Assembly: GCA_965662235.1 (NCBI GenBank)
Contig: CBFIGY010000003.1
Location: forward strand, 96,001-160,000
From: an uncultured bacterium
GTDB taxonomy: Bacteria; SAR324; NAC60-12
Length of the DNA: 64,000 bases
Direction: 5' to 3'
Part shown: one piece after another, positions 37,960 through 47,923 of the stretch
Layout of the letters: every line of letters starts with the position of its first letter
Position numbering within the stretch: the stretch's first letter is position 1
Position numbers and translations under genes: made by a program
Notes under the pieces: generated by a model
Database searches by the model: none
The model's input: only the letters and a program-made list of their open reading frames with translations
Told to the model about the DNA's origin: nothing

Positions 37960-39330
37960 CTAGGCCACTCCCAACTGCTCCGCCGTATCCGCCAGAGCCA
38001 GCTCGAAGCGCTGCAGAATTTCCTCGATCTGAGCGGCTTCAATGATCAGGGGCGGACAGAACGCAACGGCGTCTCCGGGAAGCGCCCGGAGGATCAGCCC
38101 ATGCTTCTGGGCATGCGCCACCAGCGTCGCGGCCACCTTCTGGGCCGGGTCATAGGATTCCTTGGTTGCCTTGTCCTTGACCAGCTCAATCGCTCCAATC
38201 AGTCCGCGACCACGGACCTCTCCCACCAGCGGATGGTCGGCAAAGGCACGAATGCCGTTCTGCAGCACCGGCTCCAGCTCCTGCACCCGTCCCACCAGGT
38301 TGCGTTCTTCGTAGATCTTGAGCGTCTCCAGTGCCACTGCAGCGGCAGTGGGGTGCCCAGAATAGGTATAGCCGTGCCCAAACAGCCCCAAGGTTCCGCT
38401 TGCGTCCCGGAGCACGTCGTAGACTTCATCCGAGATCAGCAGTCCTGAGATGGGCTGGTATCCGGAAGAGAGCTGCTTGGCCACCACCATCATGTCTGGG
38501 GCAATCTCATAGGTCTGCGAGCCAAACATTTGCCCCGTCCGTCCAAACCCGCAGATCACCTCATCGGCAATCAGGAGCACATCGTGCTTCTTCAGCACCG
38601 GTTGGATGTGCTGGAAGTAGGTCTCTGGGGGCACAATGACGCCTCCAGCGCCCTGAATCGGCTCGGCAATGAAAGCAGCCACCGTCTCTGGGCCTTCCTG
38701 TTCAATCAGGGTGTCCAGGTTCTGCGCCAAGCGAGCGGAAAAGGCATCGTCGCTTTCCCCCGGCAGCGCCTGCCGGTAGGCGTGGGGACAGTCGGTGTGC
38801 AGAAACCGCGCAGCCGGGAGGTCGAATCCGTTTTGCGCGTACGCCAGCCCCGTCATGGAACCTGAAATGACCGTCACCCCGTGGTACCCCCGCTGTCGCG
38901 AGATGATCTTCTTCTTCTCCGGAAGGCCCCGCTGGTTGTTGTAGTACCATGCCACCTTCACCGCCGTGTCATTGGACTCGGAACCAGAGTTGGCAAAGAC
39001 CACCTTTCCCAAAGGCTCTGGTGCCAGATTCACCAAGCGCTCCGCCAGCTCAACGGTAACCTTCGGCAGCTTTCCTGTGAAGCTGTGGTAATAAGGCAGC
39101 TCCTCCATTTGCCGACGGGCGGCTTCCACCAAACGCGGCTCACTCCATCCGAGCGACACGCACCACAGTCCGGACATGCCCTCTAGGTACTCCTGCCCCG
39201 ACTCATCATAGACGTGCACCCCCTTTCCCCGAGCAATCACCAAGTGCTCCTGACGCTCCTTGGCAATCAGATTTGTGAAAGGGTTCAGGTAGTAGCGCCG
39301 ATCGCGCTCAAGAGAAGTGAGTTGGGACAT
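37960..39330 (-). CDS. Class III PLP aminotransferase (omega-amine/putrescine:pyruvate type)
   Basis: SGLWC, NSGSESND, GYHG, AEPIQGAGG, DEVICGFGRTG, AKQLSSGY and HGYTYSGHP. Confidence 0.92.
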   Translation of the reverse strand: MSQLTSLERDRRYYLNPFTNLIAKERQEHLVIARGKGVHVYDESGQEYLEGMSGLWCVSLGWSEPRLVEAARRQMEELPYYHSFTGKLPKVTVELAERLVNLAPEPLGKVVFANSGSESNDTAVKVAWYYNNQRGLPEKKKIISRQRGYHGVTVISGSMTGLAYAQNGFDLPAARFLHTDCPHAYRQALPGESDDAFSARLAQNLDTLIEQEGPETVAAFIAEPIQGAGGVIVPPETYFQHIQPVLKKHDVLLIADEVICGFGRTGQMFGSQTYEIAPDMMVVAKQLSSGYQPISGLLISDEVYDVLRDASGTLGLFGHGYTYSGHPTAAAVALETLKIYEERNLVGRVQELEPVLQNGIRAFADHPLVGEVRGRGLIGAIELVKDKATKESYDPAQKVAATLVAHAQKHGLILRALPGDAVAFCPPLIIEAAQIEEILQRFELALADTAEQLGVA

Positions 39331-39479
39331 GTTCGACTCTCCGGTTCGCAGCAAATGGATGGGGGATTTCCGCAGTGGAAAGGCTGAATCGTAGCCTCCC
39401 GTACCGGGAACTGCAAATAATTAGTGAATCTGTCACAAAAAATGTGTTCTCTGAGCAACCCCCCGGAACGCCCGTGCGC

Positions 39480-40853
39480 TCAGGGAGCCGGATCCCAGTG
39501 GGTTCCCAGCACCAAATCGGTCATCGAAAGAACCGCTTCCGGCATCCGGTTCATCACCCACAGCACCGTCTGGGCGCCTTCACACGCCTGAGCAACCGAT
39601 GTGAAGCAGTCCACGTAACGTTCGTAGCGCCCGGGCTCACTGCCCGGCGGGCGCTGCAGGTAGTCCGCTAGGTCGCTGACGCGCTTGGTGTGTCCGAAGA
39701 TGAGTTGGCCATACGCAATGTTGGCTTCCGGAAAACGCGCCGCAGCGTCCCGCGCCAGGTCGAGGCTGTTGGGGAGTCCATCGGTCAGGTGCACCAGGGT
39801 CCGGGCGCCGTCCCACTTTTCCAAATAGGCCTGCGCCGCAGCAAAGGCGGCTTCATACGCCGTGGTGCCTCCCGGAGGCACAAACCCGTCAAAGCGGTCA
39901 AACGAAGGAAGCGCGGAGTCGCTGTAGGGAATGACCCTTAGGGCAATCTTGGGAATGCGGGCCTTGAGGAGCTTCAGCAATGCTGCACAGGCAAGGTTTG
40001 CCATCTTGAAGAGGTCCCGCTCAAACGTCGAAGAGCTGATGTCCAGCAACACCACCACTGCCGGACGAGCCTTGCGCAGCGTTGACCACGACGCCTGATT
40101 GAGCAGAGACGGACACTCCCGGGCCTGCTGACGCTCCAGCACCCGGCGGGTCCGTTCCGGGAACTGGCTCTCTAGGGTCGTGCCCTCCTCTGTTAAAAAG
40201 AGGGATTCTTCAAGGTCCAGGTCCGGAGGAGCCTCCAGGTCAAACCGCGTGGGCACCCGAAACGCAAACATCTCCTGCTCCAGCACTTCACGCAGCTGCT
40301 TCGAACGCGTTGACGTTGGGGACGCTTGGGCCTGATCAGCCTGCGCGATCGCCTGCCGGGCCACCCGATACTCGCGGACCAGACCCTCGTGCTTGAGGAC
40401 ACACGCAAAGCGCTCACCCCAGCGGTGCTCCGGAAGTGGTTCTCCTTCCCAGTAAGGCACCCGTTCCTGCTGCACCACCCGGATCTCAAAATGCGGGTCC
40501 ACCTTTCCAAACCGCAGCCCCCGTTGCAGCAGCGTCAGCAGCTGCCGGACCTCCAACGCCACCGCCCGGCGTGGCACAATCCAGGAGACGCCGCCCACCT
40601 CCACCGGTTGCAGGCACCGGCGGACCCACTGCTGTTCCTCCTTGGTCTGGCACATCCGGAGCAAGCGCTCTAGGTGCTGCTGCACCCGCCGGGCACCTGG
40701 GCCCAGCTCTTCCTTCAGGCGCAGCTCCGCCATCACCTTCCGGACCGTCTGCCTCAGGTTTGGAGGGGCTGCCGCCGGTTCTGGAGCCTCAGCGGTTTTC
40801 CCAAATTCGTCTTCACCTGCGGGTGAAGTTCCGGAGCGGTTCGGCATTTGCAT
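39480..40853 (-). CDS. vWA domain protein
   Basis: MIDAS elements LLDISSS, GGTT and LTDGLPN. Confidence 0.75.
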   Translation of the reverse strand: MQMPNRSGTSPAGEDEFGKTAEAPEPAAAPPNLRQTVRKVMAELRLKEELGPGARRVQQHLERLLRMCQTKEEQQWVRRCLQPVEVGGVSWIVPRRAVALEVRQLLTLLQRGLRFGKVDPHFEIRVVQQERVPYWEGEPLPEHRWGERFACVLKHEGLVREYRVARQAIAQADQAQASPTSTRSKQLREVLEQEMFAFRVPTRFDLEAPPDLDLEESLFLTEEGTTLESQFPERTRRVLERQQARECPSLLNQASWSTLRKARPAVVVLLDISSSTFERDLFKMANLACAALLKLLKARIPKIALRVIPYSDSALPSFDRFDGFVPPGGTTAYEAAFAAAQAYLEKWDGARTLVHLTDGLPNSLDLARDAAARFPEANIAYGQLIFGHTKRVSDLADYLQRPPGSEPGRYERYVDCFTSVAQACEGAQTVLWVMNRMPEAVLSMTDLVLGTHWDPAP

Positions 40854-40907
40854 GGATTTCCTCAGTGTCTCTGAACCCTTGCACCCTCATTCACGATTCG
40901 GTGTTTC

Positions 40908-41522
40908 ATGTTCCGTAAATTACTTCCGGCCCTTTCTGGCCTCCTGCTCCTCGCTGTTCCGGTTTCTGCAGAAACGATCTACCTCAGTAGTGGGGAGTCC
41001 CTTAAGGGCAAGATTCAGGGAATGGACGAGCAGCGCCTGATTCTTGAGTCTAACATCACCGGCAGTCAGATCCGGATCGAACGCGCCGACCTGCGCATGG
41101 TGGAGTTCGAGTCCAGCTCCCGGAGCCTCTCCCGACGCCTCGGGTTTGGCCTGCACTACCGTCCGGAGAACAGCGAAGAAGCCCTCTCCTTGAAAAACTG
41201 GGTCTCGCCGCTGGACTCCTTTGAACTGCTCCTTGGGTACCAAAAAGGAGAGAACCGGGACCGCATGAACGTCGAGGGACGCTTTGCTCGGGTCTTTGCC
41301 AAAGAAGGCATCCAGGACATGTTCTTTGGAGTGGGCGCCGGTCTCGTCAATGAAGGTGACCAGCGGGGCACCACCCTCCGGGTTTTCGGAGGAGCAGAGT
41401 TCTTCCCCGTCTCCACCCCCAACTTCGGGTTCGCTTTTGAACTCGGAGCCCTCGGCAGACAGGGGCTTGCTGAAGACCAGCAGGCCATCTACAACGCCGT
41501 CTCTGCCCGCTACTACTTCTGA
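40908..41522 (+). CDS. Secreted protein, probable small outer-membrane beta-barrel
   Basis: Signal peptide VSA-E; N-terminal IYLSSGESLKG domain; alternating beta strands; C-terminal RYYF. Confidence 0.65.
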   Translation: MFRKLLPALSGLLLLAVPVSAETIYLSSGESLKGKIQGMDEQRLILESNITGSQIRIERADLRMVEFESSSRSLSRRLGFGLHYRPENSEEALSLKNWVSPLDSFELLLGYQKGENRDRMNVEGRFARVFAKEGIQDMFFGVGAGLVNEGDQRGTTLRVFGGAEFFPVSTPNFGFAFELGALGRQGLAEDQQAIYNAVSARYYF

Positions 41523-41525
41523 TCC

Positions 41526-41972
41526 ATGAGCTCCAGGAGGCCGTCCGGAATCGAGTTCGAAGAATCCGACACCGACGGCCACCTCATGGAGCAGGCGTTC
41601 GAGCGCCTGCAACCGCCTCCGGAAGAGGCCAAGCCACCTCCCCCTGCTCCTCTCGCACCGGCCAAACCCGTCCGCTCCAAGCGCGTCCCGGTCACCAATC
41701 GTCCCGACGACGAAATTGACCTGCACGGCATGACCCGTGAGGAAGCGATCCACGCGGTGCAGAACTTCATCCTCAGCTCCCACCGGGCAGGCTTCCGCCA
41801 AGTCCTCATCATCACCGGACGCGGGCGACGCTCCGGGGGCCAAGGCCCGGTGCTGAAGCAGAGCGTGGAGCAGTGGCTGCAGCGCAACGGCAAACCCTAC
41901 CTCCGGGACTTCGGCGAGGCTCCAGGGGAGTGGGGAGGGTCTGGTGCGCTATGGGTGTTCCTGAAGAACTGA
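41526..41972 (+). CDS. Smr domain protein
   Basis: IDLHGMTREEA, IITGRG..S and GGSGALWV. Confidence 0.92.
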   Translation: MSSRRPSGIEFEESDTDGHLMEQAFERLQPPPEEAKPPPPAPLAPAKPVRSKRVPVTNRPDDEIDLHGMTREEAIHAVQNFILSSHRAGFRQVLIITGRGRRSGGQGPVLKQSVEQWLQRNGKPYLRDFGEAPGEWGGSGALWVFLKN

Positions 41973-42353
41973 GGCATCAAGCCCCTGCTCCTCGAACACC
42001 TTGCGGGCAGAACGGAAGCACTCCACCGCTTGCGGCACTCCGCAGTAGATGCCCACCACATGAATGACGGCGCGGATTTCCTCTAGGGTGACGCCGTTGG
42101 TGAGAGCGCCACGGCAGTGGGTTTCCCACTCCGTCATCTTTCCCAGCGCGGCCAGCATCGCCAAGTTGATCAGGGACCGTGTCTTCAGAGGAAGCGTTTC
42201 ATCGCCCCACCCGAATCCCCAGCACCACGCGGTCATGGCTTCCTGAAACGGCCGAGAAAAGTCATCGGCTGCCGCAAGGTTGCGCTCCACGTACTCCGCG
42301 CCAAGGGTCCGTTTGCGCTGCTCCAGTCCTTTTTCAAAAAGAGACTCGTCCAT
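41949..42353 (-). CDS. Carboxymuconolactone decarboxylase (CMD/AhpD) family protein
   Basis: G...R...LGAEYV, WG, TRSLINLAML, H.RGAL.NGVT.EEI and IYCGVP. Confidence 0.9.
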   Translation of the reverse strand: MDESLFEKGLEQRKRTLGAEYVERNLAAADDFSRPFQEAMTAWCWGFGWGDETLPLKTRSLINLAMLAALGKMTEWETHCRGALTNGVTLEEIRAVIHVVGIYCGVPQAVECFRSARKVFEEQGLDASVLQEHP

Positions 42354-42383
42354 TTTCCTCCTGATTGATTCAGTGTTTCAGCG

Positions 42384-43580
42384 TCAGCGGTCCGTCCGCT
42401 GCAGCAGCAGTCCCTTCAAGTAGAGCCCTTCCGGAAACGCTAGGGACGCGGCATGATCGGGTGCGGCACTCAGTTCCTGAACCATCCGGACCGTTGCTCC
42501 AGCGTCCTGTGCGGCGCCAGCGACAATCTTCCGGAAGAGCTCAGGCCCCACGGCTCCGGAACACGAAAAGGTGAGCAGCTTCCCGCCGGGGCTCAGCAGC
42601 TTCAACGCCAGCAGGTTGGCATCCTTGTAAGCCCGGGACGCGCGCTCCACGTGCCGGTGTGTTGGAGCAAACTTAGGCGGATCTAGGATGATGGTGTCAA
42701 ACTGCTGCCCCCGGTCCCGGAGCTCACGGAACAGGCTGAACACGTCTGCTTCAGCAAAGGTAACGGAGCGCGCTGAAAATCCATTGGCCTCAACGTTCTG
42801 GCGGGCCAGCTCTAGGGCCGGTCCTGAAGAATCAATCGCCATCACCGAAGACGCTTCACCCGCCAGGGCGGCACAGGTGAAGCCTCCGCTGAAGCAGAAG
42901 GCGTCGAGCACCCGTTCCCCGGCAACCAGCGTCTTCAGCAGGGCCCGGTTGTCACGCTGATCCAGGTAAAAGCCCGTTTTCTGCCCCTCACGCACATCCA
43001 CCCGGTAGCGCAAGCCGTGCTCCTCCACCCACAACTCCGGAGGAAGTGTGCCCTGCAGGGTCTCAGCGACCGGCAGGAGTCCTTCGAGCTTGCGGACCTC
43101 GGAGTCGGACCGTTCCTGCACCACCGAGGCTCCGGTCAGTTCCATCAGCAGCTTCACCAGAGTCTCGCGCCAAAACTCCGGACCCGTGCTCAGCAGCTGC
43201 AGTACCAGCACCCCGTCATACTGATCCACTACCAGCCCCGGTAGGCCATCGGCTTCCCCATGAATCAGGCGCATCGCAGTGGTCGCCTCGGTATTGACCC
43301 AGTGGTGCCGAAAGTCCAGGGCCTGCTGCAGGCGGCCTCGGAACCAGCCTTCGTCAATGACGTCCGCCTCCTGCCAGCTCCACACCCGTGCCCGAATGCG
43401 GGACTCCGGGCTCCACGCGGCCCAGGCCAGAAAACGCCCTCGGTGGTCTTCCAGCCGAACCGTTTCCCCCGGACGTGGGTCGCCGTGAACCGAACGGACC
43501 GCTTGGGCAAACAGCCAGGGGTGGTGACGTTGGAGCGCCTTCTCGCGCTCAGGAGCCAGTGTGACTCGAATCTCTCTCAT
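42384..43580 (-). CDS. rlmI: 23S rRNA m5C1962 methyltransferase
   Basis: HPWLF (PUA domain), EADGLPGLVVD, GQKTGFYLDQR, LDPPKF and FSCS. Confidence 0.9.
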   Translation of the reverse strand: MREIRVTLAPEREKALQRHHPWLFAQAVRSVHGDPRPGETVRLEDHRGRFLAWAAWSPESRIRARVWSWQEADVIDEGWFRGRLQQALDFRHHWVNTEATTAMRLIHGEADGLPGLVVDQYDGVLVLQLLSTGPEFWRETLVKLLMELTGASVVQERSDSEVRKLEGLLPVAETLQGTLPPELWVEEHGLRYRVDVREGQKTGFYLDQRDNRALLKTLVAGERVLDAFCFSGGFTCAALAGEASSVMAIDSSGPALELARQNVEANGFSARSVTFAEADVFSLFRELRDRGQQFDTIILDPPKFAPTHRHVERASRAYKDANLLALKLLSPGGKLLTFSCSGAVGPELFRKIVAGAAQDAGATVRMVQELSAAPDHAASLAFPEGLYLKGLLLQRTDR

Positions 43581-43960
43581 GAATCCTCTGCATCCGAAGC
43601 CTCCCAGGCCACTTCGGCTTCAACGTAATCAAGAACGCCTGGAATGGGCACCGAGGGTTTGCGAACTCGCACCCGCACCGCTCGGACCAACGCTCGCTGA
43701 CGGATCGCCTCCACAAGACGGTCCGCCAGGGTTTCAATCAGGTCAAACGCTTCCTGCCCCACCAGCTGCTCCGCCAGCTCGTGCAGGTCAACGTATGACA
43801 CCGTGGCCTTCAAATCATCCACCCACGGCTCCGGAGGCTGCGCCAGGGTGTACTCTAGGTCCACCTCAAACCGCTGCCCTAGGCGCTTTTCCTCCGGAAG
43901 CACTCCATGATAGCCATAAACGATGAGGTTGTGGACACGAACCGTGTAGGTCTTCGGCAT
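43577..43960 (-). CDS. folB: Dihydroneopterin aldolase
   Basis: YGYHGV..EEK..GQRFEVD, TVSY, LIETLA and KP. Confidence 0.93.
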   Translation of the reverse strand: MPKTYTVRVHNLIVYGYHGVLPEEKRLGQRFEVDLEYTLAQPPEPWVDDLKATVSYVDLHELAEQLVGQEAFDLIETLADRLVEAIRQRALVRAVRVRVRKPSVPIPGVLDYVEAEVAWEASDAEDS

Positions 43961-44081
43961 GGGGCACGAAATCCATGGTTGAGAAGCCGGAGCTTCTGTT
44001 GGAAAGCAGTTGCGCTCTTACAAGTCTCAGACTTGCTTTCAGGGATCAAGAGAATTCGCGGGACCGCGCTGCTTCTGCAGT

Positions 44082-44128
44082 AAATCGCAATATGCGGATT
44101 TGACGATTTACTCACTTGCTGATAAGGT
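44082..44128 (+). promoter_or_regulatory. Sigma70-type promoter for metK with an overlapping 20-bp dyad
   Basis: TTGACG (44100-44105), a 17-nt spacer, then TGn-TAAGGT (44123-44128); dyad AAATC-N10-GATTT at 44082-44101. Confidence 0.6.
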
Positions 44129-44206
44129 CGTGGGTTCCTGAAGATCCATCGAGTGATGGCGCGCGGCGTCCGTCATTGCTCCCAACTCCTTTCTGAGAAG
44201 AACGCC

Positions 44207-45367
44207 ATGGCAGCAGAGACCTTGTTTACTTCCGAATCGGTGTCCGAAGGGCATCCTGATAAAGTTTCCGACCAAGTTTCCGACGCGGTACTGGATGCCA
44301 TCCTGACGCAAGACCCCAAGGCCCGTGTGGCGTGTGAGACGCTGGTGAAGACGGGCATGGTGCTCCTCGCTGGCGAGGTTACCACCTCCGCGTGGGTGGA
44401 CATGGAGGAGCTGGTCCGCAAGGTGGTCTGTGACATCGGCTACAACAGTGACGCGCTGGGCTTTGACGGCAACACCTGCGCCGTGCTCAATGCCATTGGA
44501 AAGCAGTCTCCGGACATTGCCATGGGCGTAGATGAGAGCGACGAGCACGAGCAGGGCGCTGGTGACCAGGGCATGATGTTTGGGTATGCGACCAACGAAA
44601 CAGACGTGTTCATGCCGGCGGCCATCACCTATTCACACCGTTTGGTAGAGCGTCAGGCTGCCAAGCGCAAGGACGGCACCCTGCCGTGGCTGCGTCCGGA
44701 TGCCAAGAGCCAGGTCACGCTCCGCTACCAAGAAGGTGCCATCGTTGGCATTGACGCCGTGGTGCTTTCCACCCAACACGACCCGTCGGTTTCCCGCAAG
44801 GACTTGGAAGAGGGCGTGATGGAAGAGGTCATCAAACCGACTCTGCCTCAGGAGTGGCTGAGCGCGTCCACCAAGTACCACATCAACCCCACGGGCAACT
44901 TTGTCATTGGTGGCCCTGTCGGGGACTGTGGGCTCACCGGCCGGAAGATCATCGTTGACACCTACGGGGGCATGGGTCGGCACGGCGGAGGCGCCTTCTC
45001 CGGAAAGGATCCGTCTAAGGTGGACCGCTCTGCAGCCTATGCCGCACGGTACGTTGCTAAAAATATTGTTGCCGCAGGGCTTGCATCCCGCTGTGAAGTT
45101 CAGGTAGCTTATGCGATCGGCGTGGCCGAGCCGGTCTCGGTCAACGTCGATACCTTTGGCACCAACGTCATTCCGGAAGACCGGATTGTCCAATTGGTCC
45201 GTGACACCTTCGAACTGAAGCCTGCCGGGATCATCCGCACCCTGAACCTGCTGCGTCCCATCTATCAAGCCACAGCGGCCTATGGTCACTTTGGCCGGGA
45301 GTTGCCCCAGTTTACTTGGGAGCAGACAGACAAGGCGGAGGCCCTGCGTCAGCAGGCTGGACTCTGA
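44207..45367 (+). CDS. metK: S-adenosylmethionine synthetase
   Basis: [19 protein letters not shown] and [16 protein letters not shown]. Confidence 0.99.
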   Translation: MAAETLFTSESVSEGHPDKVSDQVSDAVLDAILTQDPKARVACETLVKTGMVLLAGEVTTSAWVDMEELVRKVVCDIGYNSDALGFDGNTCAVLNAIGKQSPDIAMGVDESDEHEQGAGDQGMMFGYATNETDVFMPAAITYSHRLVERQAAKRKDGTLPWLRPDAKSQVTLRYQEGAIVGIDAVVLSTQHDPSVSRKDLEEGVMEEVIKPTLPQEWLSASTKYHINPTGNFVIGGPVGDCGLTGRKIIVDTYGGMGRHGGGAFSGKDPSKVDRSAAYAARYVAKNIVAAGLASRCEVQVAYAIGVAEPVSVNVDTFGTNVIPEDRIVQLVRDTFELKPAGIIRTLNLLRPIYQATAAYGHFGRELPQFTWEQTDKAEALRQQAGL

Positions 45368-45371
45368 CCGC

Positions 45372-45641
45372 ATGAAGTCTCAGGACACCACCATCGTCAA
45401 CCGCCTTGGCCTGCACGCCCGTGCTGCTGCTGAGGTGGTGAAGCTGGCCAACCGCTTTCACGCCCAGGTGCACCTGCACGGAAACGGTCTGAAGGCGGAT
45501 GCCAAGACCATCATGGAGCTGCTCATGCTGGGCGCTCCCCAAGGCACCAAGGTCCAGGTCACCGCTGAGGGGCCGGACGAAGACGAAGCCCTAGACGCGA
45601 TGGTGGGCCTGATTGAGAACCGCTTCAACGAGCTCGAATGA
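45372..45641 (+). CDS. ptsH: HPr/NPr family phosphocarrier protein
   Basis: N.LGLHARAA with His15; ADAKTIM; AEGPDE.EA. Confidence 0.9.
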   Translation: MKSQDTTIVNRLGLHARAAAEVVKLANRFHAQVHLHGNGLKADAKTIMELLMLGAPQGTKVQVTAEGPDEDEALDAMVGLIENRFNELE

Positions 45642-46486
45642 CCCTCCCGATCAACGGGAGCACCCGGGTTTACGCTGTCCTGGGGCACCCCGTGGAGCAC
45701 TCCCTTTCTCCGGCCATGCACAATGCCGCCTTCCAGGAGCTGGGCCTGAACGCGGTCTATGTGGCCTTGCCGTCACCTCCGGAACAGATTGCAGAAGCCG
45801 TAAATGGCCTCCGCGCCCTCAACCTCGCCGGGGTCAATGTCACGGTTCCGCACAAAAGCGCGGTGCTGCCCTTTCTGGATGAAGTCACTCCCATTGCCCA
45901 GAAGATCGGTGCGGTCAACACCATCCGGAACCGCAAGGGCCACCTGGTGGGCACCAACACCGACGCCAGTGGATTCTTGCGCTCGCTGGAACCCCTGAAC
46001 TTCGAACCCGCAGGTCAGTCCATTGCCCTCATCGGAGCAGGCGGTTCAGCCCGCGGACTGGTCGTTGGGCTTGCGGATGCCGGCGCCGCCTCCTTGACTC
46101 TCTGGAACCGGACTCCGGAACGGGCACAGGCCCTAGTGAACGAGTTCACGCCCATCTTTCCGCAAACACGCCTGCAGGCCGTCACGCAGGAAGAGCTGTA
46201 CGCCGGCGCCTTTGACCTGGTCATCAACACCACCACGGTGGGCATGTCGTCTCCCGGAGCTCCGGTCGACCTGGCTGCTTTTCAGGAGGTCCGGCATGTT
46301 GCAGACATCATCTACCGACCGGCGCACACGCCTCTGTTGCAGCAAGCGGAGCAGCTCCGGATTCCGGCCATCAACGGGTTGGGCATGCTGCTGCATCAAG
46401 GATGTGACGCCTTTACCTTCTGGACCGGACAGCCTGCGCCCGTTGGGGTCATGCGCAACGCGTTGCTGGCCGGCCTAAACCAGTAG
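45638..46486 (+). CDS. aroE: Shikimate dehydrogenase
   Basis: HSLSPAMHN, NVTVPHK, GAVNT, NTD, GAGGSAR and GLGML.HQG. Confidence 0.96.
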   Translation: MTLPINGSTRVYAVLGHPVEHSLSPAMHNAAFQELGLNAVYVALPSPPEQIAEAVNGLRALNLAGVNVTVPHKSAVLPFLDEVTPIAQKIGAVNTIRNRKGHLVGTNTDASGFLRSLEPLNFEPAGQSIALIGAGGSARGLVVGLADAGAASLTLWNRTPERAQALVNEFTPIFPQTRLQAVTQEELYAGAFDLVINTTTVGMSSPGAPVDLAAFQEVRHVADIIYRPAHTPLLQQAEQLRIPAINGLGMLLHQGCDAFTFWTGQPAPVGVMRNALLAGLNQ

Positions 46487-46516
46487 TTCCGCCCTCACCT
46501 TCACCTCACCCCTCCC

Positions 46517-47161
46517 ATGGGCTTTTCTCAGTGGGGACAGGTGGCCTTGGTCTGCCTGCTCGGCGCCATGTCACCGGGTCCCAGCCTTGCCGTGGTGCTC
46601 CGCAACACGGTCGCAGGGGGCCGCCTTCAGGGCCTCCTGACCGGCATCGGTCACGGGCTCGGCATGCTCTTTTATGCGCTGGTCGCTGTCGCCGGTCTGG
46701 TGACGCTGTTTCAAACAATCCCTCACTTCTTTGAAGTCGCTCAGTGGCTGGGGGCCACGTTCCTGACCTGGCTCGGGGTGCAGATGATCCGAGGCGGCTG
46801 GCAGGAGCTGCACGCCCCCTCTCCTGTTTCGCTCGAAGCAGCGGCTCCCCCTTCCGGACGCCGTGGTTTTGCCGAAGGCTTCCTGATTGCCTTCCTCAAT
46901 CCCAAAATTGCAGCATGGCTGCTGGCGCTTTTTAGTCAGTTTGTCCACCCCGAAGCATCTTGGAGCGAGCAGGCTGTGCTGGTGACCACCGTGGGCGGCA
47001 TTGACATGAGCTGGTACAGCTTTGTCGTCATCGTCGCCTCTTCAGGCAACTGGATGGAGCGGCTCCGCAGAAACAAGCCCCAGCTAGACCTTGGCATGGG
47101 CGCCCTCTTGCTGCTGCTCGCCTTCAGCATGGTCGCCCGGACTCTCTGGGGCGAAGCCTGA
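46517..47161 (+). CDS. LysE/RhtB family exporter
   Basis: SPGPS, G..G.G, GF....LNPK; six hydrophobic helices. Confidence 0.92.
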   Translation: MGFSQWGQVALVCLLGAMSPGPSLAVVLRNTVAGGRLQGLLTGIGHGLGMLFYALVAVAGLVTLFQTIPHFFEVAQWLGATFLTWLGVQMIRGGWQELHAPSPVSLEAAAPPSGRRGFAEGFLIAFLNPKIAAWLLALFSQFVHPEASWSEQAVLVTTVGGIDMSWYSFVVIVASSGNWMERLRRNKPQLDLGMGALLLLLAFSMVARTLWGEA

Positions 47162-47239
47162 CACCACGGCCGGCCCCGTTTTCCACAATGAAGAAAGGGC
47201 GCTCCGGAGTGCTCTGAGGAGGGAACTCGGCGCCGAAGG

Positions 47240-47923
47240 CTACCGAGTCAAGCGGGGAAAGCAGGACCGCATCCGCTGCACACGATCCGGATGAGGCGTG
47301 CCGTCTGGCTGCATGGCACTGAAGTGCAGTTCCGACACACCGGTCGCTGCTACCAGCGCGGGGGCCTGGTCCGGACGAACACTTCCTGCCGCCAAGACGG
47401 TCGGTCCGGGACCGCTTTGGAGGGCCGCCAGCTGAGCCCGTCCGTCCCACGCCTGAGGCGCTCCGCCAGACGTCAGGACCCGAGTCACCGCAGGGAAACG
47501 GCAGAGTTGATCCCACGCCTCCGGAAGGTTCCGAGCCTCATCAAAAGCCCGGTGAAAGGTCACCGGAGCCGCATACGCCGCGGCTCGTTCCAGCCAGATC
47601 GCCAAGGCCGCTTCATCCACGGTTCCCTCCGACGTCAACGCTCCCAGCACCACCCCGGCCGCTCCAGAGTCAAGCGCCTGATGGACCTGCTCCGCCATCT
47701 GTTTCACCTCTGCGTCCGTGTAGCAGAAGCTCCCGGCGCGGCAGCGGATCAACACCATAACCGGTAACGAAAGGTGCACCACCTGTTCGATCAATTTCCG
47801 CTCCGGTGTGACTCCTCCTACAGAAAGATCGGCACAGAGTTCCAACCGATCCGCCCCCTGCACAACGGCATGCTGTGCCGCCTCAAGCGAGGTGACACAG
47901 GCTTCCAGGCAAAGCGACGTCAC
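47240..47923 (-). CDS. cutC: CutC family protein
   Basis: LEAC, GADRLELC..L..GGVTP, TFHRAFD and RVLTSGG. GTG start overlaps the upstream TGA. Confidence 0.92.
   Translation of the reverse strand: MTSLCLEACVTSLEAAQHAVVQGADRLELCADLSVGGVTPERKLIEQVVHLSLPVMVLIRCRAGSFCYTDAEVKQMAEQVHQALDSGAAGVVLGALTSEGTVDEAALAIWLERAAAYAAPVTFHRAFDEARNLPEAWDQLCRFPAVTRVLTSGGAPQAWDGRAQLAALQSGPGPTVLAAGSVRPDQAPALVAATGVSELHFSAMQPDGTPHPDRVQRMRSCFPRLTR

Noticed and set aside
39423..39437. CRP/FNR-like site AGTGA-ATCTG-TCACA upstream of the aminotransferase
   Set aside because: The spacer is 5 bp rather than 6 and it occurs once, which is too weak to call.
43961..44206. SAM riboswitch upstream of metK
   Set aside because: No SAM-I, II or V consensus elements are recognisable by eye, and the predicted leader is short. 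An Rfam scan would settle it.
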